DNA of 21,296 bases from Promethearchaeota archaeon. GTDB taxonomy: Archaea > Asgardarchaeota > Lokiarchaeia > Sigyniarchaeales > SOKP01. The position numbers were made by a program, and so were the translations under genes. The notes beneath the pieces were generated by a model. The model did not search any database and was not told the origin of the DNA. It was given only the letters and a program-made list of their open reading frames with translations. Positions 1-8,351 of the stretch are shown here, piece by piece (positions within the stretch are counted from its first letter, which is position 1; each line of letters begins with the position of its first letter). Location of the stretch: positions 1-21,296 of the forward strand of contig SHMW01000074.1 in the NCBI GenBank assembly GCA_008080735.1, written 5' to 3'.

Positions 1-71
1 ATTTTTATGGAGTGGAAATTTAACTGTTTATAGGATATTATCAAGATATTAACATTTATAAAAACATTGAA

Positions 72-84
72 TAAAAAAAAGAAA
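72..84 (-). terminator. Possible oligo-T terminator of the wHTH gene
   Basis: An A8 run at 73-80 reads as T8 on the minus strand, ~50 nt past the stop codon. Archaeal terminators are typically oligo-T. Confidence 0.35.
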
Positions 85-128
85 TAAAGGCCCAAACCCA
101 TAAACGAATTGTTAACATTTAATAATAA

Positions 129-383
129 TTATTCTGAAATTTTCCAATAAACCTTAGGTCTTCCACGTTTTCCGTTATTTCTAGAGAATTTTTCTACAAC
201 TTTTTGTTTTTGTAATTTCACCAAATTATCATATATTGTTGTCCTTGGTGTATTTAACTCATTTACAAGTTGTTTTCGAGTTAAAGGACCTTCATTTTTA
301 AGTATTTGCAACAAATTGTGTTGAAGGGGGGTGACAATTTCGAAATCTTCAATATAATTTTCAACTAAAATATTGTTAGCCAT
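129..383 (-). CDS. Small winged-helix DNA-binding protein (TrmB/ArsR-like HTH), ~84 aa
   Basis: HTH pattern LLQILKNEGPLTRKQLVNELNTPRTTIYDNLVKL followed by wing GRPKVYW. The start was moved from GTG398 to ATG383 because a GGAGG Shine-Dalgarno motif (minus strand, 394-390) lies just upstream of it. Confidence 0.85.
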   Translation of the reverse strand: MANNILVENYIEDFEIVTPLQHNLLQILKNEGPLTRKQLVNELNTPRTTIYDNLVKLQKQKVVEKFSRNNGKRGRPKVYWKISE

Positions 384-400
384 TTTTTTCCTCCACAAAA

Positions 401-421
401 TTTCGACATTTTTTCGACATT
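401..421. repeat. Tandem direct repeat TTTCGACATT x2 (11-bp period), candidate operator
   Basis: Identical 10-mers at 401-410 and 412-421, immediately upstream of the wHTH gene. Confidence 0.6.
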
Positions 422-471
422 ATGAATATTGAACTTTTTCAAGTTCTCTAACTAATATAAAGACTTTTTAA

Positions 472-537
472 TATATAAATGATGCTTATTGATGATAATA
501 ATGCATAAATAAGCATAAAATTAAATAGGTTTATAAA
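472..537. promoter_or_regulatory. Back-to-back TATA boxes flanking a 9-bp inverted repeat
   Basis: Minus-strand TTTATATA at 479-472 and plus-strand TTTATAAA at 530-537. ATGCTTATT (482-490) and AATAAGCAT (508-516) form an inverted repeat between them. Confidence 0.5.
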
Positions 538-579
538 CATATGAATTATAATTTCATTAAAAATAATGGAATAATTTGA

Positions 580-951
580 ATGACTGAGACTAAACGTACA
601 ACTGTTACTTTAAGTAAGACATATATGGACCTAATTGATGAATTAGTGGGCGTTTTTGGGAGAACTCAGGCAGCAGTCATTACAAATATCGTTCAACATT
701 TTTTTAATAATAGCAATAACTTCCCCTTGTTAGAGGAATTAAGATCAAGAAAGAGAAAACAACCAGATATCACTAATATAGAACTGAAATTGCAAAAATT
801 ATTAAAAGGTACCAAAACAATCAAATTAAGTCATTTTTTGGAATATCTGGAGATAGATAGAGATTTTCTTTTTGATCAACTTGAAGATTGGAAAAAAAAA
901 TTCAATCTAAAACTTGATTATGATAAAATAATAAAATCTGATGAAAATTAA
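580..951 (+). CDS. Ribbon-helix-helix (CopG/MetJ-like) regulator with extra C-terminal domain
   Basis: N-terminal KRTTVTLS beta-ribbon, helix YMDLIDELV, G-turn and helix TQAAVITNIVQHFF give the typical RHH pattern. Confidence 0.7.
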   Translation: MTETKRTTVTLSKTYMDLIDELVGVFGRTQAAVITNIVQHFFNNSNNFPLLEELRSRKRKQPDITNIELKLQKLLKGTKTIKLSHFLEYLEIDRDFLFDQLEDWKKKFNLKLDYDKIIKSDEN

Positions 952-972
952 TTTTTCAGAATAATTATTTAC

Positions 973-1176
973 CTAACCTCCAAAAAGATTAAAAAAGTCA
1001 TTAGACAATCCTAAAGTCCAATCCATAATAGAAGATATGATGCTAAATACCAAAAAGAAGATAAAAAAGGCAAACCCTAATAACAATGCATATTCAACTA
1101 AATTACCACCATAATTATCAGAAAAAAATTCTTTAAATTTCTTGAGTATTCTTTTTCCAATATTTTTAAGATTCAT
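973..1176 (-). CDS. Flp/class III signal-peptide pilin-like protein
   Basis: Basic amphipathic leader, then FFSDNYG|GNLVEYALLLG with E at +5 and Y at +6, then a hydrophobic helix; 67 aa. TATA-like TTTATAAA on the minus strand at 1211-1204. Confidence 0.7.
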   Translation of the reverse strand: MNLKNIGKRILKKFKEFFSDNYGGNLVEYALLLGFAFFIFFLVFSIISSIMDWTLGLSNDFFNLFGG

Positions 1177-1316
1177 TTTTGCATTATTTTTTTTCTATCA
1201 ATATTTATAAACCCCCCTTATAATTGATTTTATTAGAAAACCTAAAAACTAACGGACTCGATTTTTTTTTATTTGAAAAGAAATTTTTTGAATAAGAAAT
1301 ACTTTTAAAGTATCTT

Positions 1317-2126
1317 ATGAAATATCAAAAACTGAAAGAAATCCTGAAAAATAAGGTTGCTCCAATAGATTATTCCATAAAAGGAAATTTCACAGGATTA
1401 CAATATGGAGATATTAAATTAGAAAAGAATATCAACAAGATTTTAATTTGTGTGGATATAACCGTAGATTCTATTTATTTTGCTCTAAAAAATAAAGTAA
1501 ATTTAATAATATCTCATCATCCAATTTTTCCCGGCAAGATTTCCCATTTCAGACATCTTTTAATCAATAAGTTGAATTTGCTTTCGAAATATCCCATTTC
1601 AATCTACATTCTAAATAGTCCGTTTATATCTTCAGAAAACGGGATATCTGAAACAATTGCACAAACGCTTTATTTAAAAATAGATAAACTTTTTAAGATT
1701 AAGGAAAAAAATAGAAAAATTCCCGTAGGTAGAATCTGTAGACCATTAGAATTAACGGAATCTAATCAAGATTTTACCTTGAAAAATCTTTTAGAAAGAG
1801 TGAGAAGAAATTTGAATAAAAGTAATGTTTCTTATGTTGGAGAATTATCAAAAAAAATTGAAACTTTATGTGTAGTTGGAGGTGATACTAAAGAGAATAA
1901 ATATATTATTAAAGCCGTAAAAATGGGATGCGATTGCTATATCTCTAGCAATATAAACCACTATCTAGCAACTTTAGCACAAGAACTAGGCTTATGTATT
2001 GTTAATATTTCACATCATAATGCAGAAATGCTAGCTTTAAAGAAACTAAGGAACTTATTAAGTTTAGAATTTCCTCATGATGATTTTCTAATTTTTGATT
2101 CAGATGACCCTTTAAAAATTTTCTAA
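1317..2126 (+). CDS. Nif3/YbgI (DUF34) family protein, divergent
   Basis: GLQYG, ILICVD, IISHHPIF, GRI, CVVGG, GCDCYIS and SHHNAE motifs appear in family order. Confidence 0.85.
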   Translation: MKYQKLKEILKNKVAPIDYSIKGNFTGLQYGDIKLEKNINKILICVDITVDSIYFALKNKVNLIISHHPIFPGKISHFRHLLINKLNLLSKYPISIYILNSPFISSENGISETIAQTLYLKIDKLFKIKEKNRKIPVGRICRPLELTESNQDFTLKNLLERVRRNLNKSNVSYVGELSKKIETLCVVGGDTKENKYIIKAVKMGCDCYISSNINHYLATLAQELGLCIVNISHHNAEMLALKKLRNLLSLEFPHDDFLIFDSDDPLKIF

Positions 2127-2250
2127 AACATAATAGCTTGATTTCAGACTAACACTTAATATTTTAAGATAAGAGTCTATTTTATCAATATAATTAAATT
2201 TAAATGAATTGAAAATATTCAATGTATAAAAATAAACGGATGGATTAATT

Positions 2251-2832
2251 ATGGTTTTAATTGAATATAATGACAAAAAACCGGAAATTAGTAAAAATGC
2301 CTACGTATCTCCACAAGCAACATTAATTGGAGATGTTAAAGTAAATGATAATGTGATCATTTGGCCTGGTTCGATTATACGTGCAGAAAATGCTAAAATA
2401 AACATCGGAGAATATTCCACAATTTTTAACGGTGTTATATTACTAACCCGGTCACCTAAAAGTTCTATCCATATTGGTCGCTATTGTATATTGGAGACGG
2501 GGGTAACAATTTTAGGAAGTTTTTTAGAAGATTATGTCCAAATTATGGAAGGAGGCATAATCTTTGAGGAAACATCTATCGGGGAGGGTTGTGTCATTTT
2601 GAATAATAGCCAAGTTCCTCCAGGTCTGGTGATACAAGCAAGAGCTGTTATGAGAGGTATTCCAGTCGAAATGATAAGAGAACAAACGAGAAACGATGTG
2701 CTTGAACAAAAAGAAAGAGCTCATCACTATTCCCAATTATTTGTCAAAATAAAAAATCATTTGCCAAATGCTCAAGAATATCTGATTACTTTACCAGATT
2801 TTGTGAAGTTTTTAATGAAAAAAGAACTCTAA
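2251..2832 (+). CDS. Left-handed beta-helix protein, gamma-carbonic anhydrase-like (YrdA/PaaY fold), lacking Zn-binding histidines
   Basis: KKPEISKNAYVSPQATLIGDV...IWPGSIIRAE...INIG hexapeptide repeats, then GIP and a C-terminal helix with HY. Confidence 0.8.
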   Translation: MVLIEYNDKKPEISKNAYVSPQATLIGDVKVNDNVIIWPGSIIRAENAKINIGEYSTIFNGVILLTRSPKSSIHIGRYCILETGVTILGSFLEDYVQIMEGGIIFEETSIGEGCVILNNSQVPPGLVIQARAVMRGIPVEMIREQTRNDVLEQKERAHHYSQLFVKIKNHLPNAQEYLITLPDFVKFLMKKEL

Positions 2833-2834
2833 AT

Positions 2835-3722
2835 TTAAACTCTGATATTTAATTTTTTAACAATCTCCTTATATCTAGATCTGAGAGTAACCTCAGTTAC
2901 TCCAACTAAGTTCGCAATTTCTTTTTGAGATACTCTCTTTTTTCTTGCTTTGCATACTAAATATAAAGCTCCAGCGCATAAGCCCTTTGGATCTTTCCCA
3001 CTAATAGAAAAATTTGATGTAAAGGCTTTTAATATTTTAATGGTAGTTTTTTCATCATCGGTATTAAGAGCTAGTTCGGCTATAAATCGAGGAATTAAAG
3101 AAATGGGGTCTGTTGACGGAGCTTTTAATTTTAATTCTCTTATGAGTGTTCGATAGCATCTTCTTACATTTTTTGCACTTATTGAAGTCTCATCCAATAT
3201 TTCTTGTAATGTTCTAGGAATATTACTTTTTCTACAAGCAAAATATAAACAAGCAGCTACCATTCCATTTATTGATCTCCCTCTTAATAATTTCTTTTTA
3301 AAGGCTTCAATATAAAGTCTAATAGCTGCCTTTTTTATATGAGTTGGTAAATTAAGATTACTCCCAATTCTTTTTAATTCCGTGGTAGCTATTAACATAT
3401 TTCTTTTATCCCATGTCATTCTTGAATTCCATTTAGCCGCTCTTTTAAGATCAGGGCTCTTAATACCGGATTTATCTATTATTGTACTAAGTCCCATATC
3501 GGGGAGAAGAATAGAAATTGGAGATCCCGTTCTAGCTCTTTTCTCCTTTTCTTGTTTTGTAAATGCTCGTTTTCCACTATGGGAAATATCTAGAATCCTT
3601 TCATTTACAACCAATCCACACTTCCGGCAGACATTTTCTCCCTTTTCTTGAACTGGAATGATTTTTCCACCACATTCTGGGCAAGAATTTGAAAAATAAT
3701 TCATATCTGTTTTTATATCCAT
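2835..3722 (-). CDS. tfb: Transcription initiation factor IIB (TFB)
   Basis: Zn ribbon CPECG...CRKCGLV, B-reader RAF...RARTGSP, and cyclin repeats LLRGRS...AACLY...PRTL and GKDP...SQKEIA...VTEVTLRSRYKE. GAGGT upstream of the start. Confidence 0.97.
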   Translation of the reverse strand: MDIKTDMNYFSNSCPECGGKIIPVQEKGENVCRKCGLVVNERILDISHSGKRAFTKQEKEKRARTGSPISILLPDMGLSTIIDKSGIKSPDLKRAAKWNSRMTWDKRNMLIATTELKRIGSNLNLPTHIKKAAIRLYIEAFKKKLLRGRSINGMVAACLYFACRKSNIPRTLQEILDETSISAKNVRRCYRTLIRELKLKAPSTDPISLIPRFIAELALNTDDEKTTIKILKAFTSNFSISGKDPKGLCAGALYLVCKARKKRVSQKEIANLVGVTEVTLRSRYKEIVKKLNIRV

Positions 3723-3865
3723 ATTATAACCTCTAAACCTTTAATTAATACTAAATATTTATTTACTAGCTGAACCAGTACTGTCCTATCAATCGATAAA
3801 ATAATAATTAAGTGACTGAACAAAAATTAACCCGTTTGCAAATCTATTATACACAAATATTATAT

Positions 3866-5278
3866 TTAAAACTTTCGTTTCGTTGTTTTTTCTTTCTTTA
3901 AGATTTTTGAGAATTTTAGTAAGAAATATTTAAACATTTTTTTCTCAATAGATTTAACTTCATTTAGCAGAAATTTGTTATAGATTATCTCTAATTCATC
4001 AGCATTCAAGGTGTAATATTTAAAGTTGAAATCATCATCTTTATAATTAAAAAGACACCCAAGGACAGGAAAAAAAATTTTATAAAGATTTTTTTCTTTA
4101 TCTGTTAAGTTTATATCATGATTTTTCTCTTGAAAAAGAGAAAAACTGTATGAAAAGAATCTGAACATATTATAATAGAAGAAATATTTAACGACAAAAT
4201 ATAGATATTCAATAGATGGACAGGGAACATTCAAATTTATATTTTTACCCATTAGAACTTCTTGCGTATCTTTATTTGATTTGAATTGTGAAAAATTTTC
4301 TTTTTCGAGGTAATCAATCAATATTTTTCTTTCTTTAGAAATCTTGATTCCTAATTTGAGATTAATAAGACATTTGAACGTCCTCCCGTGAAATTCTAAG
4401 CTTTCAAAATTAAAATTTAGAATTTTTATCGGAGATTTCAAAATATTAAAAAAAGTTTCCCATCTTAGTGGGTTTGGCTCTGCTTCAATCCAGTCACTCT
4501 TCATGTAATGAAAACAGTAGTATCCGAATTTTTCAATATTGTTGCATAGTTTTTCTTCATATTTTCGGATTTTGATAACATCTTTTTGTTGTTTCATAAT
4601 CTCATATTGTATCGATTCTATTAGCGTTATATAAAAGCACATAAATTTTTTGCGATAGCTTTCAATTATTTTTAAGTCTGATACCTGATCTTCTATTGGA
4701 TATTCCAATTTTTTTTTTTGATTAATATTTTTATCGCAATATTTCTTATTTTTCACTACTCCTGTTTTATCAATAGGAAATAGCTCGAAATCATCTTCGT
4801 AAATACAAATTGGTAGACTGTTATTAGGAATATAAAAGATTATTTTAGATTTAATTTCTGGTCTATTTTCAATTAGGATTTTCAGATTTCGAACAAATTC
4901 CTTTGTTATTTTACATTTCCTTGAATCAAAATAATATTTTACGTTAGAGTTATTTTTAATATTATTTTTTACATCATAATCAAAAGCTCTCTTATAATAT
5001 TCACCCTTTTCAAAATAGATTAGATCTTTGAAGAACATTTTTTTCCAGCCAACGAACACAAGCTCTGGAATAATTAAGTGAAGTCTTTTATTTTCGATAA
5101 GCTCAATTAGGATCTCATATAATTCTTCTTGCATTATATTGATTTTGAATCTTTTATCAAAAACGCGATTCTCTATTTTTTGTAATAATGCAGCTTTAAT
5201 TCTTCCCTTATGATTAATATAGTCCAATACGTGATCTATAACCCTATTTTTTTTGATAAATTTCGTTTGATTATACAT
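3866..5278 (-). CDS. Hypothetical protein (470 aa, K/F/Y/I/N-rich)
   Basis: Long uninterrupted ORF filling the gap between tfb and the radical SAM gene; no motif recognised. Confidence 0.7.
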   Translation of the reverse strand: MYNQTKFIKKNRVIDHVLDYINHKGRIKAALLQKIENRVFDKRFKINIMQEELYEILIELIENKRLHLIIPELVFVGWKKMFFKDLIYFEKGEYYKRAFDYDVKNNIKNNSNVKYYFDSRKCKITKEFVRNLKILIENRPEIKSKIIFYIPNNSLPICIYEDDFELFPIDKTGVVKNKKYCDKNINQKKKLEYPIEDQVSDLKIIESYRKKFMCFYITLIESIQYEIMKQQKDVIKIRKYEEKLCNNIEKFGYYCFHYMKSDWIEAEPNPLRWETFFNILKSPIKILNFNFESLEFHGRTFKCLINLKLGIKISKERKILIDYLEKENFSQFKSNKDTQEVLMGKNINLNVPCPSIEYLYFVVKYFFYYNMFRFFSYSFSLFQEKNHDINLTDKEKNLYKIFFPVLGCLFNYKDDDFNFKYYTLNADELEIIYNKFLLNEVKSIEKKMFKYFLLKFSKILKKEKTTKRKF

Positions 5279-5383
5279 TTCTACTCGAGGATTTATTCTA
5301 AACTAAAATATTTAAAAAACACATAATTTCAGGTTTTTTTTATGAGTTTTTATACAAGAATTTTTAGATCAAAATGGTAAACT

Positions 5384-6946
5384 ATGATCAAACATATTTT
5401 ATTTATTCAACCCTTTACTTTGATTGAGAAACAATTATCTAACATTTTACTCGTATGGCCGTTTTATCTTGAAAATTATCTAAAATACAAATTTAAAAAA
5501 TTGGATTTCGAAACTTTATATCTACCAGCAGAACAGAAGAGAGGAAGTATTAAAATTAAAGATTATTCGTATAGTGAAATTGAAAAATTTAATTTTGAAA
5601 TGGACCGTCTCATCAGTCGATTGGATTTTGATCTTGATTCAGATACATTAATTTGTATTTCTTGCTCATTCAGTACCCTATATCTCCCTACTGAGATTAT
5701 TTTGAATTATTTTAAACAATTTCATGAGCAATGTCTGGTAGTAATTGGTGGTGCCCATACGACTGCTTGTCCTTCAGAATTCATTTCGAAACTTGGTTTA
5801 ATTGATTATATAGTTATGGGAGAGGGAGAGATTCCTCTTTCAATGATTATTCAAAACAATTCAAAAAAGCAAAAAAAACCAATCCTAATGAAAAAAAAAT
5901 ATATACCTAATCTTGATGATTTACCTCTTTTAACATTTGAAGATCTTTCCCTGAGCGAGTATATTGCAGATATTCCAAATTTAGCTATAAATCTAAGTAG
6001 AGGATGTCCATATACTTGCAATTTCTGTATGGAACAGAATCTAGGAAAAAATTGTAATGTAATAAAACCTTGGAGAGCCTATTCTCCTTTAAGAGCGGTA
6101 AAAGAAGTTGAACAAATGATACTTTTTGGAGAAGACCATAATGTAGAGCAATTTGGGTTTTTAGATAGTATTTTTGGCTTTAATAAATCATGGTTAGATT
6201 CTTTTCTGAAAAATTATGATTTTGAGAGTTTAACTTCAATTTGGACAGAAACAAGATTGGATATACTCAATGAGGATTTACTAAAACGACTCCAAAAGAA
6301 AAAAATTTATAACATGTATGGACTAGAACATTTTTCTTATACAATTTTAGAAATATTGAATAAAACCAACAATCCGGCGAATTATATAGGTACATTTAAA
6401 CGCATATTGAAACTTCATGATGATTTAAAGTATGAGTGTGTTCTAAACATTTTACTAAACCATCCAGGTGAAAACTCCGAAACTTTAGATCAGGCATTTG
6501 ATGGTATGAAAAAGATTATCGAAACGACTCATAGTAATAAAATAATCTTTAACATTAAACAATATCATAACTTTCCTGGTACTCCCTCATATGAAAATGA
6601 ATCTTATTATCACGAAAAGTTCGGTACACAATATTACCCAATTTCTAAAAATTGGTGGAAACATAAAGACTTGGAGTGTCAAAAATTCGGGGTTTTTTGC
6701 GTCCGCTCTTCACAAAATTTACCCCTAAGAGACTTTCTTTTATTATGGACTAATAAATACATCAAGATTAATAATAGAATAAAAGAACAAATTAAAAGTT
6801 TAGATATAGACACTTTTCATAAAATCTATGAGATCTCCGAATTGAATAAGATGAATAAAAATCTCAGAAATAGATATGAGAGGTTTTCATCTTTCTTAGA
6901 TAAGACGAAAATCGAAGAAGAAATAGTTATTACAGATTTAGCTTAA
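5384..6946 (+). CDS. Cobalamin-binding-domain radical SAM protein (class B methyltransferase-like)
   Basis: B12-binding motifs VIGGAHTT and VMGEGE, the RGCPYTCNFC CxxxCxxC motif, and downstream FLDSIF, ETRLD, GLE, HPGEN and FPGTP. Confidence 0.9.
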   Translation: MIKHILFIQPFTLIEKQLSNILLVWPFYLENYLKYKFKKLDFETLYLPAEQKRGSIKIKDYSYSEIEKFNFEMDRLISRLDFDLDSDTLICISCSFSTLYLPTEIILNYFKQFHEQCLVVIGGAHTTACPSEFISKLGLIDYIVMGEGEIPLSMIIQNNSKKQKKPILMKKKYIPNLDDLPLLTFEDLSLSEYIADIPNLAINLSRGCPYTCNFCMEQNLGKNCNVIKPWRAYSPLRAVKEVEQMILFGEDHNVEQFGFLDSIFGFNKSWLDSFLKNYDFESLTSIWTETRLDILNEDLLKRLQKKKIYNMYGLEHFSYTILEILNKTNNPANYIGTFKRILKLHDDLKYECVLNILLNHPGENSETLDQAFDGMKKIIETTHSNKIIFNIKQYHNFPGTPSYENESYYHEKFGTQYYPISKNWWKHKDLECQKFGVFCVRSSQNLPLRDFLLLWTNKYIKINNRIKEQIKSLDIDTFHKIYEISELNKMNKNLRNRYERFSSFLDKTKIEEEIVITDLA

Positions 6947-6974
6947 AATATTAAATCCGTGTTAAAGGAAAAAA

Positions 6975-7406
6975 TCAGAGGATTTTCTCGCATTCATCAT
7001 GGATTTCGTTCAGAGTGCGGTTAAAATCTTTCCACCAATCTTGACCTTGTTGAGAAACTAAAATCGGGTCCACCTTGGTAGAATCGAGACAGCGTATCTC
7101 TTGTTTTTTCTTTTTTACTCTATTTTTCCATATATCAGAAAAAATCGATTGCATATTGATATTAATTTTTTTAATTAAATCATCATAAGAGAGTGAAATA
7201 TCCTCACTTTTCTGTAGTTTCTTTAATTTCTCATATTTTACATTCTCCTTAGCACTTTGAATATCATTACAATTAATTTCGACAGAAAAAGGATTATTTC
7301 TTCCATATTCGCAATTCTTTTGGATTTCACATGGTTCGCAATACTTTTCAAAAGAGATAATAAAATCTTGAAGTCCAATGACAGAATACTTGAGTTTTTC
7401 AGACAT
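6975..7406 (-). CDS. Hypothetical Cys-containing protein
   Basis: 143-aa ORF with CEPCEIQKNC plus three further Cys residues. Confidence 0.75.
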   Translation of the reverse strand: MSEKLKYSVIGLQDFIISFEKYCEPCEIQKNCEYGRNNPFSVEINCNDIQSAKENVKYEKLKKLQKSEDISLSYDDLIKKININMQSIFSDIWKNRVKKKKQEIRCLDSTKVDPILVSQQGQDWWKDFNRTLNEIHDECEKIL

Positions 7407-7560
7407 GATTAATCATTAATTATTAGGAATTCAATTCTATTAATAGCTCGTTTATAATGTAAAAAAATTTTTTAAGTATATATTATTAAAATTATTACAT
7501 ATAAACAATATTAACAACGGTTAATATTTTTATTTTTAGTTTTATCCCAATACAAATCGT

Positions 7561-7634
7561 GCGGAGATGGCTTAGCTTGGTATAGCGCACGGCTGATAAC
7601 CGTGAGGTCGGGGGATCGAAGCCCCCTCCCCGCA
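7561..7634 (+). tRNA. tRNA-Ile (GAT)
   Basis: Acceptor stem GCGGAGA/TCCCCGC (one A-C mismatch), anticodon arm CACGG-CT GAT AA-CCGTG (anticodon 7595-7597), T arm GGGGG-ATCGAAG-CCCCC, discriminator A. No encoded CCA and no intron. Confidence 0.93.
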
Positions 7635-7745
7635 CTAATTATTAATTTTAGCCAAAAATTTACTACTTTAAAATTTTTTGTGAGAAGCATTTTAAATTAG
7701 CAATTCTTTTCCCCTTAATAAAACCCCTAAATATAATTTAATTCT

Positions 7746-8336
7746 ATGAAAACTATAATTATTACAGGAACTCCTGGATGTGGGAAATCAACCCTCACCA
7801 AAAAGATCTCAAAGATTATGGATTCTGAATATATCTCAATTAATCAATTAGTTCATTCTGAAGAATTCATTGAGGAATATGATGAAAAAAGGAATACATA
7901 TATTGCAGATTTCGATAAATTAATCCCATATCTAATAGATGTAATAGAAAAAGCTCAAAATGAAAATAGTGATTTTTTTTTTATTGAAGGACATTTTGCT
8001 GATATTGTTCCAAATAAATTTATTGATATAGCCATAATTTTAAGATGCCATCCAGATATTCTAAAGAAAAGACTTGAAAAAAGGGGTTATAAAGAATCTA
8101 AAGTGATAGAAAACCTTCAAGCAGAAATTTTAGGTAATAGCACCAATTATATTCTTGAAAAAGATCTCGATTGTCCTGTATATGAGATAGATACCTCAGA
8201 GAAGAGTATTGATGAAACCTTAGATATTATTGAAAACATCATCATAAAAGACGAGATAAAAAACTGTGAAATTGGAAAAATTGATTGGCTATGCAACCTT
8301 TCTAAAAATAATCGCTTAAACGAATTTTTTGATTAA
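7746..8336 (+). CDS. Adenylate kinase 6 / Fap7 family P-loop NTPase
   Basis: IIITGTPGCGKST P-loop, FFFIEGH Walker-B-like ExH, and LRCHPDIL..RL..RGY...KV.EN..AE. Confidence 0.9.
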   Translation: MKTIIITGTPGCGKSTLTKKISKIMDSEYISINQLVHSEEFIEEYDEKRNTYIADFDKLIPYLIDVIEKAQNENSDFFFIEGHFADIVPNKFIDIAIILRCHPDILKKRLEKRGYKESKVIENLQAEILGNSTNYILEKDLDCPVYEIDTSEKSIDETLDIIENIIIKDEIKNCEIGKIDWLCNLSKNNRLNEFFD

Positions 8337-8351
8337 AAGTTTTGATCATAT

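Noticed and set aside
384-398. GTG start with MWRKK extension of the wHTH ORF
   Set aside because: It overlaps the GGAGG ribosome-binding motif, so ATG383 is the better start.
2524-2736. 70-aa minus-strand ORF
   Set aside because: Antisense shadow inside the LbH gene with no motif.
2950-3651. Plus-strand ORFs 2950-3156 and 3382-3651
   Set aside because: Antisense shadows of the well-conserved tfb.
7561-7634. tRNA-Met assignment, suggested by the D-arm and the ATCG T-loop
   Set aside because: The anticodon is GAT in a typical Ile arm (GGCTGATAACC). There is no A1-U72 pair and no triple G-C anticodon stem.
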